Source: a virus (Duplodnaviria > Caudoviricetes). From it: a DNA stretch of 64,000 nt. The number at the start of each line of letters is the position of its first letter. Within the stretch, counting starts at the first letter, position 1. Under the pieces are notes generated by a model that saw only the letters and a list, made by a program, of their open reading frames with translations, was not told the origin of the DNA and searched no databases. The translations under genes and the position numbers were made by a program. Positions 47,312 through 57,406 of the stretch are shown piece by piece. The stretch lies in IMG/VR virus record IMGVR_UViG_2657245668_000002, positions 1-64,000 of that record; one strand, 5' to 3'.

Positions 47312-48418
47312 CTAATCAAGCTTGCCAAGACGAACCATAAGCGCACCTTTCTCATCATAAACCTCTATTCTCTCGTTAGTGATAACCAGGCCAATACTGC
47401 CTGCACCTTGCCTGATGGTAATTCTTCCCGTATTTGAAACACTGAATAGGTCGCCAATTTTCAGATTACCGGCGGCATCAACTGTGAACTTACCGTTATT
47501 TATCGTGGCGCTATTGAGCGTGGGCGTTGAAATGCTGATCCCCGCTTTAACTTCATCAGCGATAATCGTTTGAGCGTTCAAAATCTTAATAGTGGCTTCA
47601 CGAATGGCAGCCTCATCAATGACCACTCGCCCGCCGGAAATAGAAAACGGAATCGCATAGGAACCGGTATCGGTTGGATTATTCGGATCAAAGACAAAAA
47701 ACTGACTGGCCGATATGGCGACCTGAGCAATGGGTTTACCCTCAGCATCCCTGCCAGCGACAATTCCGATACCTGCGGTGATGCCGCTGGCATCAACTTT
47801 GGTGCTCCACATTTTCTGAAATGCCTGGCCGCCATTCTGGTCAAGATCATTGACGCTATTGGTCAGCTCACCGATTAATGGAGAGTCATTAATCTCCTTA
47901 TTAATCAGGTCAATGATTTCATCAATATCAGCAGCGGTTTTGGCCGGTGTTCCCTCACTGGCGTTATATGGCCCCGCCACACCAGCAGAATTGATAAAGC
48001 GGATCCAGTAATACCCTTGCCAACCCGGATCAACCGGGTCGCCATATACCGCCGCCGCCGAGCTGGCCACCATCACCGCATTAGCCAGGTTATCTTCAGT
48101 GCTACGATAGATTTCCGTCAGCGAATGCCCACGGTAATTCGGCATATCCCATTCCAGCAGTACCGCACCGAATCCCCCATTAGCTTTGAAGTTTCGCGGT
48201 TGAGTGGGAAAAGAGGGGGCTGGGCCAGTATTATCATTGGGATGAGGTTTGAGCTGTAATTTACCGCCTGCTCCGGTGCGTAACTTGGCTAAATCCAGAT
48301 CGGCCAACTCGGCATAAGTGACGGCACGATTACGACCGTCACCGCGCTGCCCGGTCAACACCTCAATATTTTCAGAGAGTGCCGCAGCATCACGACCCGC
48401 ACGGAATCCTTTGGTCAT
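47312..48418 (-). CDS. Tail tip/host-specificity protein (FN3 + DUF1983-like)
   Basis: FN3-like LLEW..TEIYRS..YYWIR; AGIG..PFSI.GG.V.I; VYDEKG.L.VRLG. Confidence 0.75.
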   Translation of the reverse strand: MTKGFRAGRDAAALSENIEVLTGQRGDGRNRAVTYAELADLDLAKLRTGAGGKLQLKPHPNDNTGPAPSFPTQPRNFKANGGFGAVLLEWDMPNYRGHSLTEIYRSTEDNLANAVMVASSAAAVYGDPVDPGWQGYYWIRFINSAGVAGPYNASEGTPAKTAADIDEIIDLINKEINDSPLIGELTNSVNDLDQNGGQAFQKMWSTKVDASGITAGIGIVAGRDAEGKPIAQVAISASQFFVFDPNNPTDTGSYAIPFSISGGRVVIDEAAIREATIKILNAQTIIADEVKAGISISTPTLNSATINNGKFTVDAAGNLKIGDLFSVSNTGRITIRQGAGSIGLVITNERIEVYDEKGALMVRLGKLD

Positions 48419-50043
48419 GCTGGCATCTCCGCCATTGAGGTACTCAGGGTAATACGGTCAACTTGCGCGTAACCCCAGACCTCAACCGTCCATTTGCGGC
48501 CAGTGATCGGCGGCAACTTCAGAAGCCCATCCATTAAGGAGCCTGGCGGCAGCGACAGCACCGGCGCACCATCAACAATCAAATTGACCCCCACGCGAAT
48601 TACACTCTCACTCATGATGCGCAAGCAGGAAAATGAGGTGCCGGGAGGGGCCAGAAATGGCTTGCTGCGCCATGTGATCGGCAACGGCGTGGTGCTGACT
48701 TGAGAGATGGTTAATTTATCGTCTTTAATGGTATAGAGCGTATCCGACTCCAGATCATTAAAGGCCGTATCAAAAACGGTGGTCAGGTGACGGATATCCA
48801 TCGCTTGTGGATCGAAAATAAATCCGGCGCTGGTTCCTTTTTCCGTCTGGTAAATCGCCAGATATTCGCCTTCCACCTGCCATGCTTTGATACTTTCAGG
48901 ATTGAAGTTTTTCCGCCATTGCCGTGGCTCGATAATCTGCTCAGTGGCAACTAATGCATTGCCAGCACTATCAACCGATACCAACCCATTGGGTGACGCG
49001 TAGAGCGCAAAGCTATCCATACTCACCATGCTGCGGCGGCTGACACAGGCTTGCATCACCGGTAACTTGGCGTTGGTTATATTGGACGGAGTGATACCAC
49101 TGAACAGATAAGGCCGCCCTTTGGTTCCCACCACCAGCCCGGCACCAATAGGTGCAATAGCCACAATATCGTGCTCGGTACTTTGCTTGTAATTTTCCGG
49201 CCAGGCATAGGGGAGAAACGCCTCAGAGAACATGACTTGGTTACCAGCAAAACCAGCTGCTATACCGTTTGCCATCAGGCACAAACCAATCATTTCATCT
49301 GGCGGCATCAGGAAGTTTTCGGTTTCCAATACCGGCCCAAGTTCTTTATCAAGCAAAGTGTCCTGATACACAAGCACACCAACGTCCAACTCGACCAACA
49401 GCAGATAATCAGCAACCCCGCCGCCAGAGGCAGAGCGATAAATGCGGCGGCGGGTGATATTTGAATTCTGGCTGCCAGGTGGTTGCAGGGCGAGGTCTAC
49501 GCTACTGCCGGGGTACACAATGGTCACTTCCTGCGAAACTGGCCCCGGCGGCCCCTCTTCCCCGTAGCCCGTGACATAGGTTTCAACATAAAAACGGGTA
49601 TCGTCATCGGTTGGATCATCATCACCATGATCAGCCGGCGGCGTAATCGCAGTCACTTCAATAGGATTAACTGGAGCTGGAATGCCCAGCCGAAAACTCA
49701 CCGCTGGGAAGTTACCCTCTCCTTGAGTCGCTATTTCATTGCTGGTGACCTTGGGATATTTGCCATCAGTGAAATACACTCGCTCATATTTATCCTGCGC
49801 CACCGGGCTGCGGATCGCGTCAACAATGTCAGTCCAGGCAAACCAATAATCATCGCGGTAACGGAAAATAGTGGTTGGCTTCAACTTAAATGTTTTCCCA
49901 CTATCAACATCCGCCATAACCGGAGTAATAACGCCGTGGCGGAAATGGCAGTTTTTAGCAATGGTCGCCGCTTGCTCTGGCAATAGATGTGGCACCGCCC
50001 GTGGCATTTCGCCACGCATGGTAGTGATATCGATAGCTGACAT
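48415..50043 (-). CDS. Tail structural protein
   Basis: GE.PR..P.LL, YVETYVT.YGEEGPP, RRIYRS, FSE...P.AWP. Confidence 0.75.
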   Translation of the reverse strand: MSAIDITTMRGEMPRAVPHLLPEQAATIAKNCHFRHGVITPVMADVDSGKTFKLKPTTIFRYRDDYWFAWTDIVDAIRSPVAQDKYERVYFTDGKYPKVTSNEIATQGEGNFPAVSFRLGIPAPVNPIEVTAITPPADHGDDDPTDDDTRFYVETYVTGYGEEGPPGPVSQEVTIVYPGSSVDLALQPPGSQNSNITRRRIYRSASGGGVADYLLLVELDVGVLVYQDTLLDKELGPVLETENFLMPPDEMIGLCLMANGIAAGFAGNQVMFSEAFLPYAWPENYKQSTEHDIVAIAPIGAGLVVGTKGRPYLFSGITPSNITNAKLPVMQACVSRRSMVSMDSFALYASPNGLVSVDSAGNALVATEQIIEPRQWRKNFNPESIKAWQVEGEYLAIYQTEKGTSAGFIFDPQAMDIRHLTTVFDTAFNDLESDTLYTIKDDKLTISQVSTTPLPITWRSKPFLAPPGTSFSCLRIMSESVIRVGVNLIVDGAPVLSLPPGSLMDGLLKLPPITGRKWTVEVWGYAQVDRITLSTSMAEMPA

Positions 50044-50095
50044 AGGGAGTGATTTCCGACAGGCATAAAAAAAGCCCCACTAAAAAGTGAGGCTT

Positions 50096-50137
50096 GGCAT
50101 CTTTGGGTAATTTAGCGCGTTGTTGATAAGAGAGCAA
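50096..50137 (-). promoter_or_regulatory. Repeated late-promoter module copy 2
   Basis: TTGCTC-17(..ACGCGC)-TAAATT-ACCCAAAGATGCC immediately followed by terminator 50066-50095. Confidence 0.72.
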
Positions 50138-50324
50138 TGGGGTATTTATTTAATTTAAGGCGCATAACGACCAGGCTTCGAGGTAGCGGATATTTTTCAA
50201 TATATGTGGGAAATATCTGATGTTGTTATATTTTCAGAATTTTGCTCGCCATAATTGTTTGGAGTAATCATCCAAATCCAATATTCTTGGACGGGGATTA
50301 ATGTGGTAATAACAAGGAAAAGTT

Positions 50325-50966
50325 ATGGAGACATCAAGATTTATTAAAGCTATGGCTGAGGGAATCAAATCCATCCCCATGGATTTATATTTGGGGGTTG
50401 AACGAACTTTTCAAGATTTGAACCTTTCAGATGGCGGACGATATTATCAGCAGCGCAATATGTTTGATGATAAACGTTTTGTCAGTGCTTTTAGTAATCT
50501 CATTCGCGATCGATTTATTATCGCTAAGGTGGCTAATATCATCATTAATGATACTCTTAGCCGTCTACCCGATGAAACCATACAGCAATTACACCAAGAG
50601 CTTATTTATGGTGCAACGGGTAAGGCCACCCGCATGACGGCTCAAACGCTGATAGCAGGCCACATAAGTGGTAAGGTTGTCAGTGGCTTAGCTGCTGGGA
50701 TTACAGTAAAACTTAGTTTAAGATTTGGTACCACCATTATGATTTCCGGTGTAATGTTTCAAGGGGTTATGGCTCGAGCATGTGAAGCATCTCGAACATT
50801 GGCACGAGAGAATCCATCTCTTTTCAATAAGCTAAAACCGGATGACTACGATATGCTGTTCTTCCTGTTTGAGAAGCCATTTGAGCGTTTTACTCAACTC
50901 AGTAAAATGGCAAAAAATAACCCTTTAGCTTTGAGGCGCTTTGCTGATGAAATCAAAAGTTATTAA
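50325..50966 (+). CDS. Hypothetical moron protein
   Basis: AAGGA SD; opposite strand to the late operon. Confidence 0.7.
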   Translation: METSRFIKAMAEGIKSIPMDLYLGVERTFQDLNLSDGGRYYQQRNMFDDKRFVSAFSNLIRDRFIIAKVANIIINDTLSRLPDETIQQLHQELIYGATGKATRMTAQTLIAGHISGKVVSGLAAGITVKLSLRFGTTIMISGVMFQGVMARACEASRTLARENPSLFNKLKPDDYDMLFFLFEKPFERFTQLSKMAKNNPLALRRFADEIKSY

Positions 50967-51165
50967 TGGGTTACTACGTTTTACCTTTGATATGATTGGG
51001 ACTATAGTCTCATTTGCAGTAGTAGTAGGACTGGTTGTTGCTTATGCCTTCTATGAAGGGATAACTGCCTGGCTAGTCGCTATCGGATCCATCATCGGTG
51101 GCGCCATACTCTTTTGGTATGTACAAAAATGCAGTGATAAATTCACAGTAACGAAACAGAAATAA
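50941..51165 (+). CDS. Small two-TM moron protein
   Basis: Two hydrophobic segments; overlaps the previous gene. Confidence 0.6.
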   Translation: MLMKSKVINGLLRFTFDMIGTIVSFAVVVGLVVAYAFYEGITAWLVAIGSIIGGAILFWYVQKCSDKFTVTKQK

Positions 51166-51246
51166 AAGATTGGTAATTGCGAATGGTGATATCTGACATT
51201 TTTAGCCAGCTTTAAATAACCGGGCCATTAAGCCCGGTTTTATATT

Positions 51247-51657
51247 TTATGCTTCTGTTAGAACAGCATCAGGTGACACTGGCCACTCAATATTCGGCGC
51301 AAGAGAAACATCAACGTTTTTCACTACAACACGGTATTGCTTCCACGCTTTCAAATCAGCACGCAGTTTATCCGACACATCTTTTTCGCTATCCACCAGC
51401 TCCTCTATCTCATCAGCAATAGCACCTATCATGTCAGAAGCATGAGATAAAATAGCCGTTTGCTTTTGTGTAGCTTCAATAATCATCTGTTGCAGAACGC
51501 GCGGCGCGGGGCCAGGTAACCATTCGCCATTTTCATTTGCGTAGTAAGTAGGATCGGGTCGTGGGCCAGACATGATGACGTAGCTATCTGGCAAAGCAAA
51601 AGGTTCGATGTAAGAAATACTCTCGGTAGATTCACCGGGTATCGCGTAAATAACCAT
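51247..51657 (-). CDS. tfa: Tail fibre assembly chaperone
   Basis: M.GPRP..Y.A..GEW; LKAWKQYRV....VDVSLAPNIEWP. Confidence 0.85.
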   Translation of the reverse strand: MVIYAIPGESTESISYIEPFALPDSYVIMSGPRPDPTYYANENGEWLPGPAPRVLQQMIIEATQKQTAILSHASDMIGAIADEIEELVDSEKDVSDKLRADLKAWKQYRVVVKNVDVSLAPNIEWPVSPDAVLTEA

Positions 51658-51664
51658 AGTTACC

Positions 51665-53881
51665 TCAATCTATTGTCCATACAGCAACTCTGTATGGGAG
51701 TGTTGTAGCAACATTGGCATTATTTGAAAATCCATTTAAAGTCAATGGGCTATACGAACCGAGCTGTTGGTTTGCAGAAACCACAACAATCTTGTCATCT
51801 ACATATGAAGCGGCTATCCCATAGGATGATGAACCAGAACCAATATTACTACCGTCTCGCATTTCACCCCATGCACCAACTAGAACTTCAACACGGCAAT
51901 CGGTTTTTCTGCCGGGAAATGGGTTAGTAACTTCAACGCGCTGTGACAGGGTTATATTTCCCGGTGATGCCTGAGTTCCTCCTGGGTAAACATATGCGAA
52001 TTGTGGTTGCTTTCTAGCCTCTAATGTCGTGACTCGAGTTGTCAGCAATGTTATTTGAGTCGCCAGCTCCAGCGCATTTATCTGACCTTCATTGAATGCC
52101 GTACCAGCAAGTAGAATGACATAGCAACCCGTTGCGTTGAGCATCCGAGTTTCTGCCGCAACACGAGGTGTTCCATTTGTTCCATCGTCTTTTAAAACTA
52201 AGTTTTCGGTGACTGCGGAGGTATTAGCGATAGTGTTCACCCCAACAGTACCACCGGTACCAACATACGCGAAAACACCACTATTACGTGTGCCGGATAG
52301 TCCAATTGCATGCCCTTGAAAAGCATCCATCTGAATAGTGCCGGTAACCCCATTTGATTTAGCGCCATCGCCACGCCGGACAGGCGCACCCACACTACCG
52401 GGGGATTTGCCGTTCTCATCGGGCAGCCTAAATGTTGTAGTGCCGTTGCCGCTTGACCACTTCATTCTTTTGAGGGGATCGGCTTGCCATTCAGCCTCTG
52501 TAATTACAAAGCCTTTAGCTTGAGCCGCCGCCCATGCATCTGGGAATAAAGCCCTGCTAAGTTCTTGTCCATCGCGCGGGGCCGTTCCCTCTGGGATGTG
52601 TGTGCGGTTTTCTTCCCACCAACTGAACAGTAGCGGTAAACCGCCAGCTGGCTTTGCGTCTAACTGTTGCTTAGTGACTGCACCTTTCGGGTCTGTGGCA
52701 TCACCGGCTAATATAAGGGGGCCGGTTAATGTGCCTCCTTTAATATCCAGCTTCCCGGCCAACCCATCTGTCAGCGCCTGATTGCTGACCTTGCCTGCAA
52801 TAGCCTTATCAAACTCCGTCTGGCTGACTTTCTGATTAATCTGTTGTTCAAGCGCTGATACATCGATGCTTTCTGCTGATGCTTTCGCCCTGGCGGCGAA
52901 CTGTTCCGCTTCATCCCGAAACCCCTTGGCGGCAGTTTTATCTCCCGCGGCCGCTGTTGCTGAGTTTCTCGCAGCCTCGGCACCGGCCAAAGCCGATTCC
53001 TCACTCAGTGCAGCGGCGTTCTCGCTGCTTTCGCTTTCACTGGCAGATTGGGCGGCACTGTTCGCACTACCGGCAGCAGCAGAGGCTAATTGCCTCACTT
53101 CAGTATGCAGTCGGTTAACTTCACCGACCTGGGTATCAACCGCTAATTGTGCGGTTTCGGCACCTTCGCGAGCAGCTTCAGCCCGATCTGCATCCGTTTT
53201 CACTGCCAGCTTAATTTTAGTGGCGGTCTGTTCAGCTGCGAGTGTTGATGCTTCGTCTGCTGCTGACTGGGCCTCATTTCTATACTGCAAAGTATTGGCT
53301 TCAGACAAAGCCGCAGCATTGGCGTTAGCAATAACAACACTCTCACTTTCAAACGCATGAATCGCTGATTTAGCGGCGGCAGCGGCACTGACACCCGACT
53401 CATCCCGGTAACCTTGTGCGACTGCCAACGCAGTGTCTAAATCCGCTGCATACTGTTTTGCTTCGTCACGATAATGGGCGGCGCTCTCTGCCGCATCTGT
53501 GGCACTGCTTTCTAAAACCTTAATGGTCGCCAGATCATTAGCAACCTGCTGTTGAATCTGTCGGAAGTACAGGATCACATCAGGTGTTAGCTCTGACTCC
53601 ATAATCTGCTGCTTCAGCAATTGATTAAGGGTGCTGGGGCCGGTGGTGTTATCCAGCGTAACCGCGCCATAGACAAAACTACGACCATTGGCCGCCACCG
53701 TAATAGAGTAGCTACCCTCTTCCAACTGGATGCGGTATGCACCTGTGTTGTCTGTTCTTACCGTCACTGAAAAAGTATTTAGGACAGTCAGACTATTTGC
53801 TACCGCAGTCAGGGTGATTTGTGCATTGACCACCGGCTCACCCACCGGATTAATCATAATACCGGATACTGTTACGCTCAC
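51665..53881 (-). CDS. Tail fibre protein (Stf-like)
   Basis: Prophage tail-fibre N-terminal domain, Ala/Ser/Glu-rich shaft, collar GNGTTTFRLPD, QMDAFQGH, ETR. Confidence 0.88.
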   Translation of the reverse strand: MSVTVSGIMINPVGEPVVNAQITLTAVANSLTVLNTFSVTVRTDNTGAYRIQLEEGSYSITVAANGRSFVYGAVTLDNTTGPSTLNQLLKQQIMESELTPDVILYFRQIQQQVANDLATIKVLESSATDAAESAAHYRDEAKQYAADLDTALAVAQGYRDESGVSAAAAAKSAIHAFESESVVIANANAAALSEANTLQYRNEAQSAADEASTLAAEQTATKIKLAVKTDADRAEAAREGAETAQLAVDTQVGEVNRLHTEVRQLASAAAGSANSAAQSASESESSENAAALSEESALAGAEAARNSATAAAGDKTAAKGFRDEAEQFAARAKASAESIDVSALEQQINQKVSQTEFDKAIAGKVSNQALTDGLAGKLDIKGGTLTGPLILAGDATDPKGAVTKQQLDAKPAGGLPLLFSWWEENRTHIPEGTAPRDGQELSRALFPDAWAAAQAKGFVITEAEWQADPLKRMKWSSGNGTTTFRLPDENGKSPGSVGAPVRRGDGAKSNGVTGTIQMDAFQGHAIGLSGTRNSGVFAYVGTGGTVGVNTIANTSAVTENLVLKDDGTNGTPRVAAETRMLNATGCYVILLAGTAFNEGQINALELATQITLLTTRVTTLEARKQPQFAYVYPGGTQASPGNITLSQRVEVTNPFPGRKTDCRVEVLVGAWGEMRDGSNIGSGSSSYGIAASYVDDKIVVVSANQQLGSYSPLTLNGFSNNANVATTLPYRVAVWTID

Positions 53882-54531
53882 TGTCCACCTCCCTGATACT
53901 GCGCTTCTTTCAATTGCTGGGCGAAACTCTCAGAGTTCTGTTTAACCCCCAACTGGTCGCTGAATGCCTGGTAATGCTGCATCGCTAAATTGAGATTAGC
54001 TCCGGCATCACCATCTTTGCTAAATGAACGAAACAGCATCCAATCCACCAACGGATTCACATAAAGCTCGTCAATCGGTACCGGCGTTTTATCTGCCAGA
54101 TCATGGATAGCAACCACAGTTGGAACTCTGGCAACGACCGCCTCGATATCCGTAGGCTGAGTGGCACCGGGAAACAGGTAATACACTTTGGGAGTTAATT
54201 CGTTATAGGTATAACGCTCAATTGAACCCGTCATCTGATGCCAGTCAGGATATTGGCTATCCAGAACATCGCGAGGTACCGGCCTTAATGCCCTGCCGTC
54301 TACTAAACGAATCATCTCAATTAAACGGATCGCACCCTCCGGCAACCTCTGTCTGGTTCCCACTTCCGTGGTCATCACTTCAGTCGTAGCGCCCGCATCA
54401 GGTCGCGCCAGAATAACGGCCCGGATAGCATCATTGTAATAATCACATAGCTCCGCCAACGGCCAGCGTAGCCATGCAGTATCTTTGAGCTGGGTGTTAA
54501 CCCGCCCAATAATCTCGGCAATGGTGATCAT
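53878..54531 (-). CDS. Head-tail adaptor protein
   Basis: RW..AEL.DYYNDA...RPDA; LVDW.LFR.FSKD. Confidence 0.7.
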   Translation of the reverse strand: MITIAEIIGRVNTQLKDTAWLRWPLAELCDYYNDAIRAVILARPDAGATTEVMTTEVGTRQRLPEGAIRLIEMIRLVDGRALRPVPRDVLDSQYPDWHQMTGSIERYTYNELTPKVYYLFPGATQPTDIEAVVARVPTVVAIHDLADKTPVPIDELYVNPLVDWMLFRSFSKDGDAGANLNLAMQHYQAFSDQLGVKQNSESFAQQLKEAQYQGGGQ

Positions 54532-55127
54532 TAGAAGAACTCGTGTTTACGAACGGGGTTATTGAAGGCGGTGATCGGGGAGTTATCCAGTGCCTCACGG
54601 AATGCGCGACGGTAACCATCGACAAAGCGCACGCCAAAGTATTGTGAGCGCTGCGGATCAGTCCACGGTTTGCCCGGCATGATAAATAAATCTTCCAGCG
54701 CACCAATGGCGATCACATCAGCGTAATCATCTGCCAGTACATCCGGCACTTCAGTTACATCACGCTTGGGTTCAATGGCAAAATCCACAGTCACTTTGGT
54801 CAACGGCTGATTGAAAGTGATTTGATTGGCAGACTTGACGGTAAATTCAATGCCTGCCGTCAACATGACACCCGGTGCACTGGCATTACTAAGCTGATTA
54901 GTGAGGTCCAATACCCGTAGACGCTTGACGCATTTCACCAGCTCACTGTCCGTCAGGATATAAGTCGTGCCCGGAGTAACATCATTAAAAGTGACCGCGT
55001 CACGGCAGAGTAATGACTCACGACAAAAGGTGATCGCTGCTTCTAATGCGGCCTGTTTCATCATGATATCCAGCGGGCCGCTGATATGCTTTCGTATGGT
55101 TGGCAGAAATGCGTCAAGTGTCGCCAT
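54531..55127 (-). CDS. Phage adaptor/structural protein
   Basis: AAI.FCRES, IA.GAL..L..MPGKPW. Confidence 0.65.
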   Translation of the reverse strand: MATLDAFLPTIRKHISGPLDIMMKQAALEAAITFCRESLLCRDAVTFNDVTPGTTYILTDSELVKCVKRLRVLDLTNQLSNASAPGVMLTAGIEFTVKSANQITFNQPLTKVTVDFAIEPKRDVTEVPDVLADDYADVIAIGALEDLFIMPGKPWTDPQRSQYFGVRFVDGYRRAFREALDNSPITAFNNPVRKHEFF

Positions 55128-55129
55128 GG

Positions 55130-55582
55130 TTATTCGGCCTCGGTGCTGGCGGCGCTCTTGGCCTGAATGGCTTCACGAACACGCACGCGGAAATCATCTA
55201 CCTTTTCCTGAGCACCCTGTTTGATATCCAGATCTTCAGATTCGACTAATGTCGCCAGTTGAACCGAGGTCAGTTTGGCAATATCAACCTCATCACCACC
55301 GATCTTCAGGACAAAACTATTTTTTGCGGCCTCAAGTTTGGCTTGTTCTATCAATTGCGCCGCTAATTCTGCATGTTCTTGCTCTGAGGCTTGTTGCAGA
55401 TTGAGCGTACTTTCCAATTCATCGTGTCGAATAAATACTGTTGGAAAATCCAACAACTGATGGGCAATGGCACTTTCAACATCGACCGGTTTATGGCGCG
55501 GGAAGACCAGGCGACTACCGGTAATGGTGTCACGTTTTTTTTCTTTTGGGCCGATATAGACCACTGCGATTTTATTAGGCAT
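55130..55582 (-). CDS. Phage hypothetical protein
   Basis: GGAG SD; position in late operon. Confidence 0.65.
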   Translation of the reverse strand: MPNKIAVVYIGPKEKKRDTITGSRLVFPRHKPVDVESAIAHQLLDFPTVFIRHDELESTLNLQQASEQEHAELAAQLIEQAKLEAAKNSFVLKIGGDEVDIAKLTSVQLATLVESEDLDIKQGAQEKVDDFRVRVREAIQAKSAASTEAE

Positions 55583-55662
55583 GGGAAACTCCAGATTGCG
55601 GGTAGTAAATAACAGACAGTAAAAAGCCCACCGAAGCGGGCTGAGAGGGGAATAATATGGAA

Positions 55663-56046
55663 TTAGTAACCGACAGCTACGTACAAAATGTTAACGACCA
55701 GACGGCCATTTGCCGCGCCACCGGCAATCACCGCAGTCACTTTCTCACCTGCTGCTTGCGTGCTGTAAGGGACAATTGGCACATTCTTTGCGACAGCAGC
55801 GGCATGGCTAGCTGCGGCCACTAATGAGGTGGTTCCGCTCTTAACCTCTACGGTTACACCTGCACCAAGCGCTTCACTGACGACACTCACACCATAAATC
55901 CGCATACCAATAGGCAACTCCAAAAACTCAATCACATCACCGGCAGCAGCATCTTTCAAAATAATCTGCCCTTCAGCCAGCGACAGGTTTCCTTGCGGGC
56001 CTTGATATACCGCATCGCCAATAGAAGGCGCTTTAATAATTGTCAT
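55663..56046 (-). CDS. Capsid decoration/cement-like protein
   Basis: Small Ala/Val/Gly-rich beta protein after the capsid gene. Confidence 0.6.
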   Translation of the reverse strand: MTIIKAPSIGDAVYQGPQGNLSLAEGQIILKDAAAGDVIEFLELPIGMRIYGVSVVSEALGAGVTVEVKSGTTSLVAAASHAAAVAKNVPIVPYSTQAAGEKVTAVIAGGAANGRLVVNILYVAVGY

Positions 56047-56123
56047 AACATTTTTCTCCAGACAAAAAGAGAGCAGACCGAAGTCTGTCCCTTAGGGTAT
56101 TAGCGTATTGAATTACTGAGGGA

Positions 56124-57347
56124 TTACTTGCCCAAAGTGACCGCTGAATCCACTACCATGACGCCGTGGTCATTGACTCGACCATCTTTCTGTTTGAAAC
56201 GGATCTTCTTCAAACCGTTAATCCAGCGGATAGAGACTTCAGTACCGTTGCCATGGTCCACTTTCTCTTCGTTGTAACCAAAGAAACCGCCGCCATCACC
56301 AGTACCGTAAGCGTTAGCCAGTGCCTGGCCGCCCAGCAACATAGCGCGGTCAATGGTGGTACCGGTGGTGATAATCTTGGTGGAAGCCGCTAAGTCATTA
56401 TTGGATACCAGTACTTTAGAACCCGCGTTGAAGCGAACGGGTGTACCGCCATATTTCCGCACCAGCACGTTACGCCACATGGCACATTCGCCTTTGAATA
56501 GCGGGTGATCGAAGCCCTTAGAACGCTGCACTGCTCGGGTCATCATAGCTTGCCAGTCTTTACCGGACGTCGAGGTATACCAGTCATTCCACTGGCGCGG
56601 TGTCACGTACAGCACAAAGTACGGATCCTCATTAGCCAGCTCATCCTTAGACATACGAATGGGCTGTAACGGGTGAGCCATTTCATCAAGGAACAATGCA
56701 ATGTTATCGACCGTAGCCAGCGTGAACAGGTCCGCTGCATCCAATGTTTCCATTGAGGTTGCATCACCAGAATAGAAATGACGGTCATAAGTCGGCGGCA
56801 ACACATCGTTGATCATGATTTTGCCAAATTCACCGTGATCAGCTAGCGGCACAATGGTGTCATCGGCCATGTAATCACCACGCGCACCAGCCAGATGGAA
56901 GGTTGCTGACTGGTCCTGCACATCATTGAAGTAAGTTCCCAGCAGAGTGCGGGCTGTCTTATTAAGGTTGTGTTTGAAACGCTGCTCAGACATCTTCCCA
57001 CCCGCATCAACCAGATGGCGACCTTGGTTAATCTTCAGTGAGAAATCCGCAAAGGCCAGATTTTCACCGCGACCAGCCAATTTCTCATCGCCCATAGTTG
57101 GACGCTTAGACAGTTTGTGCACGATCTGCATATCTACTTCATCACCCTTCTGCTTTTGCAGGTCAGTGATACGAACAACCGGCGCATTGTGGCTGGTTTG
57201 AGTGGTACCTTTCTTATCAGGATTGACCGACTTCGGCGCTTCCTGCTGTTCGGTCAGAACATTAACAAACGAGCGGTTACGGTTTGCGGCCGTAAACAGC
57301 GCAACCTGCATTAGCTTATTCGCCTGGGCAGAGGTGATAGTGGTCAT
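56124..57347 (-). CDS. Major capsid protein (N4-gp56/DUF4043 family)
   Basis: PVVRITDL.K..GD.V, GD..L.G..E.L, HPLF.G, GLKKIRF, DHGV. Confidence 0.88.
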   Translation of the reverse strand: MTTITSAQANKLMQVALFTAANRNRSFVNVLTEQQEAPKSVNPDKKGTTQTSHNAPVVRITDLQKQKGDEVDMQIVHKLSKRPTMGDEKLAGRGENLAFADFSLKINQGRHLVDAGGKMSEQRFKHNLNKTARTLLGTYFNDVQDQSATFHLAGARGDYMADDTIVPLADHGEFGKIMINDVLPPTYDRHFYSGDATSMETLDAADLFTLATVDNIALFLDEMAHPLQPIRMSKDELANEDPYFVLYVTPRQWNDWYTSTSGKDWQAMMTRAVQRSKGFDHPLFKGECAMWRNVLVRKYGGTPVRFNAGSKVLVSNNDLAASTKIITTGTTIDRAMLLGGQALANAYGTGDGGGFFGYNEEKVDHGNGTEVSIRWINGLKKIRFKQKDGRVNDHGVMVVDSAVTLGK

Positions 57348-57406
57348 AGATACTCCATAAATAAAAAGCCCGCCGAAGCGGGTTGAGGTTTAAATCGATT
57401 GGGTAA

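Noticed and set aside
51665-53881. Tail-fibre diversification by DGR or invertase shufflon
   Set aside because: No reverse transcriptase, template/variable repeat pair, invertase or inverted crossover sites seen near either fibre gene.
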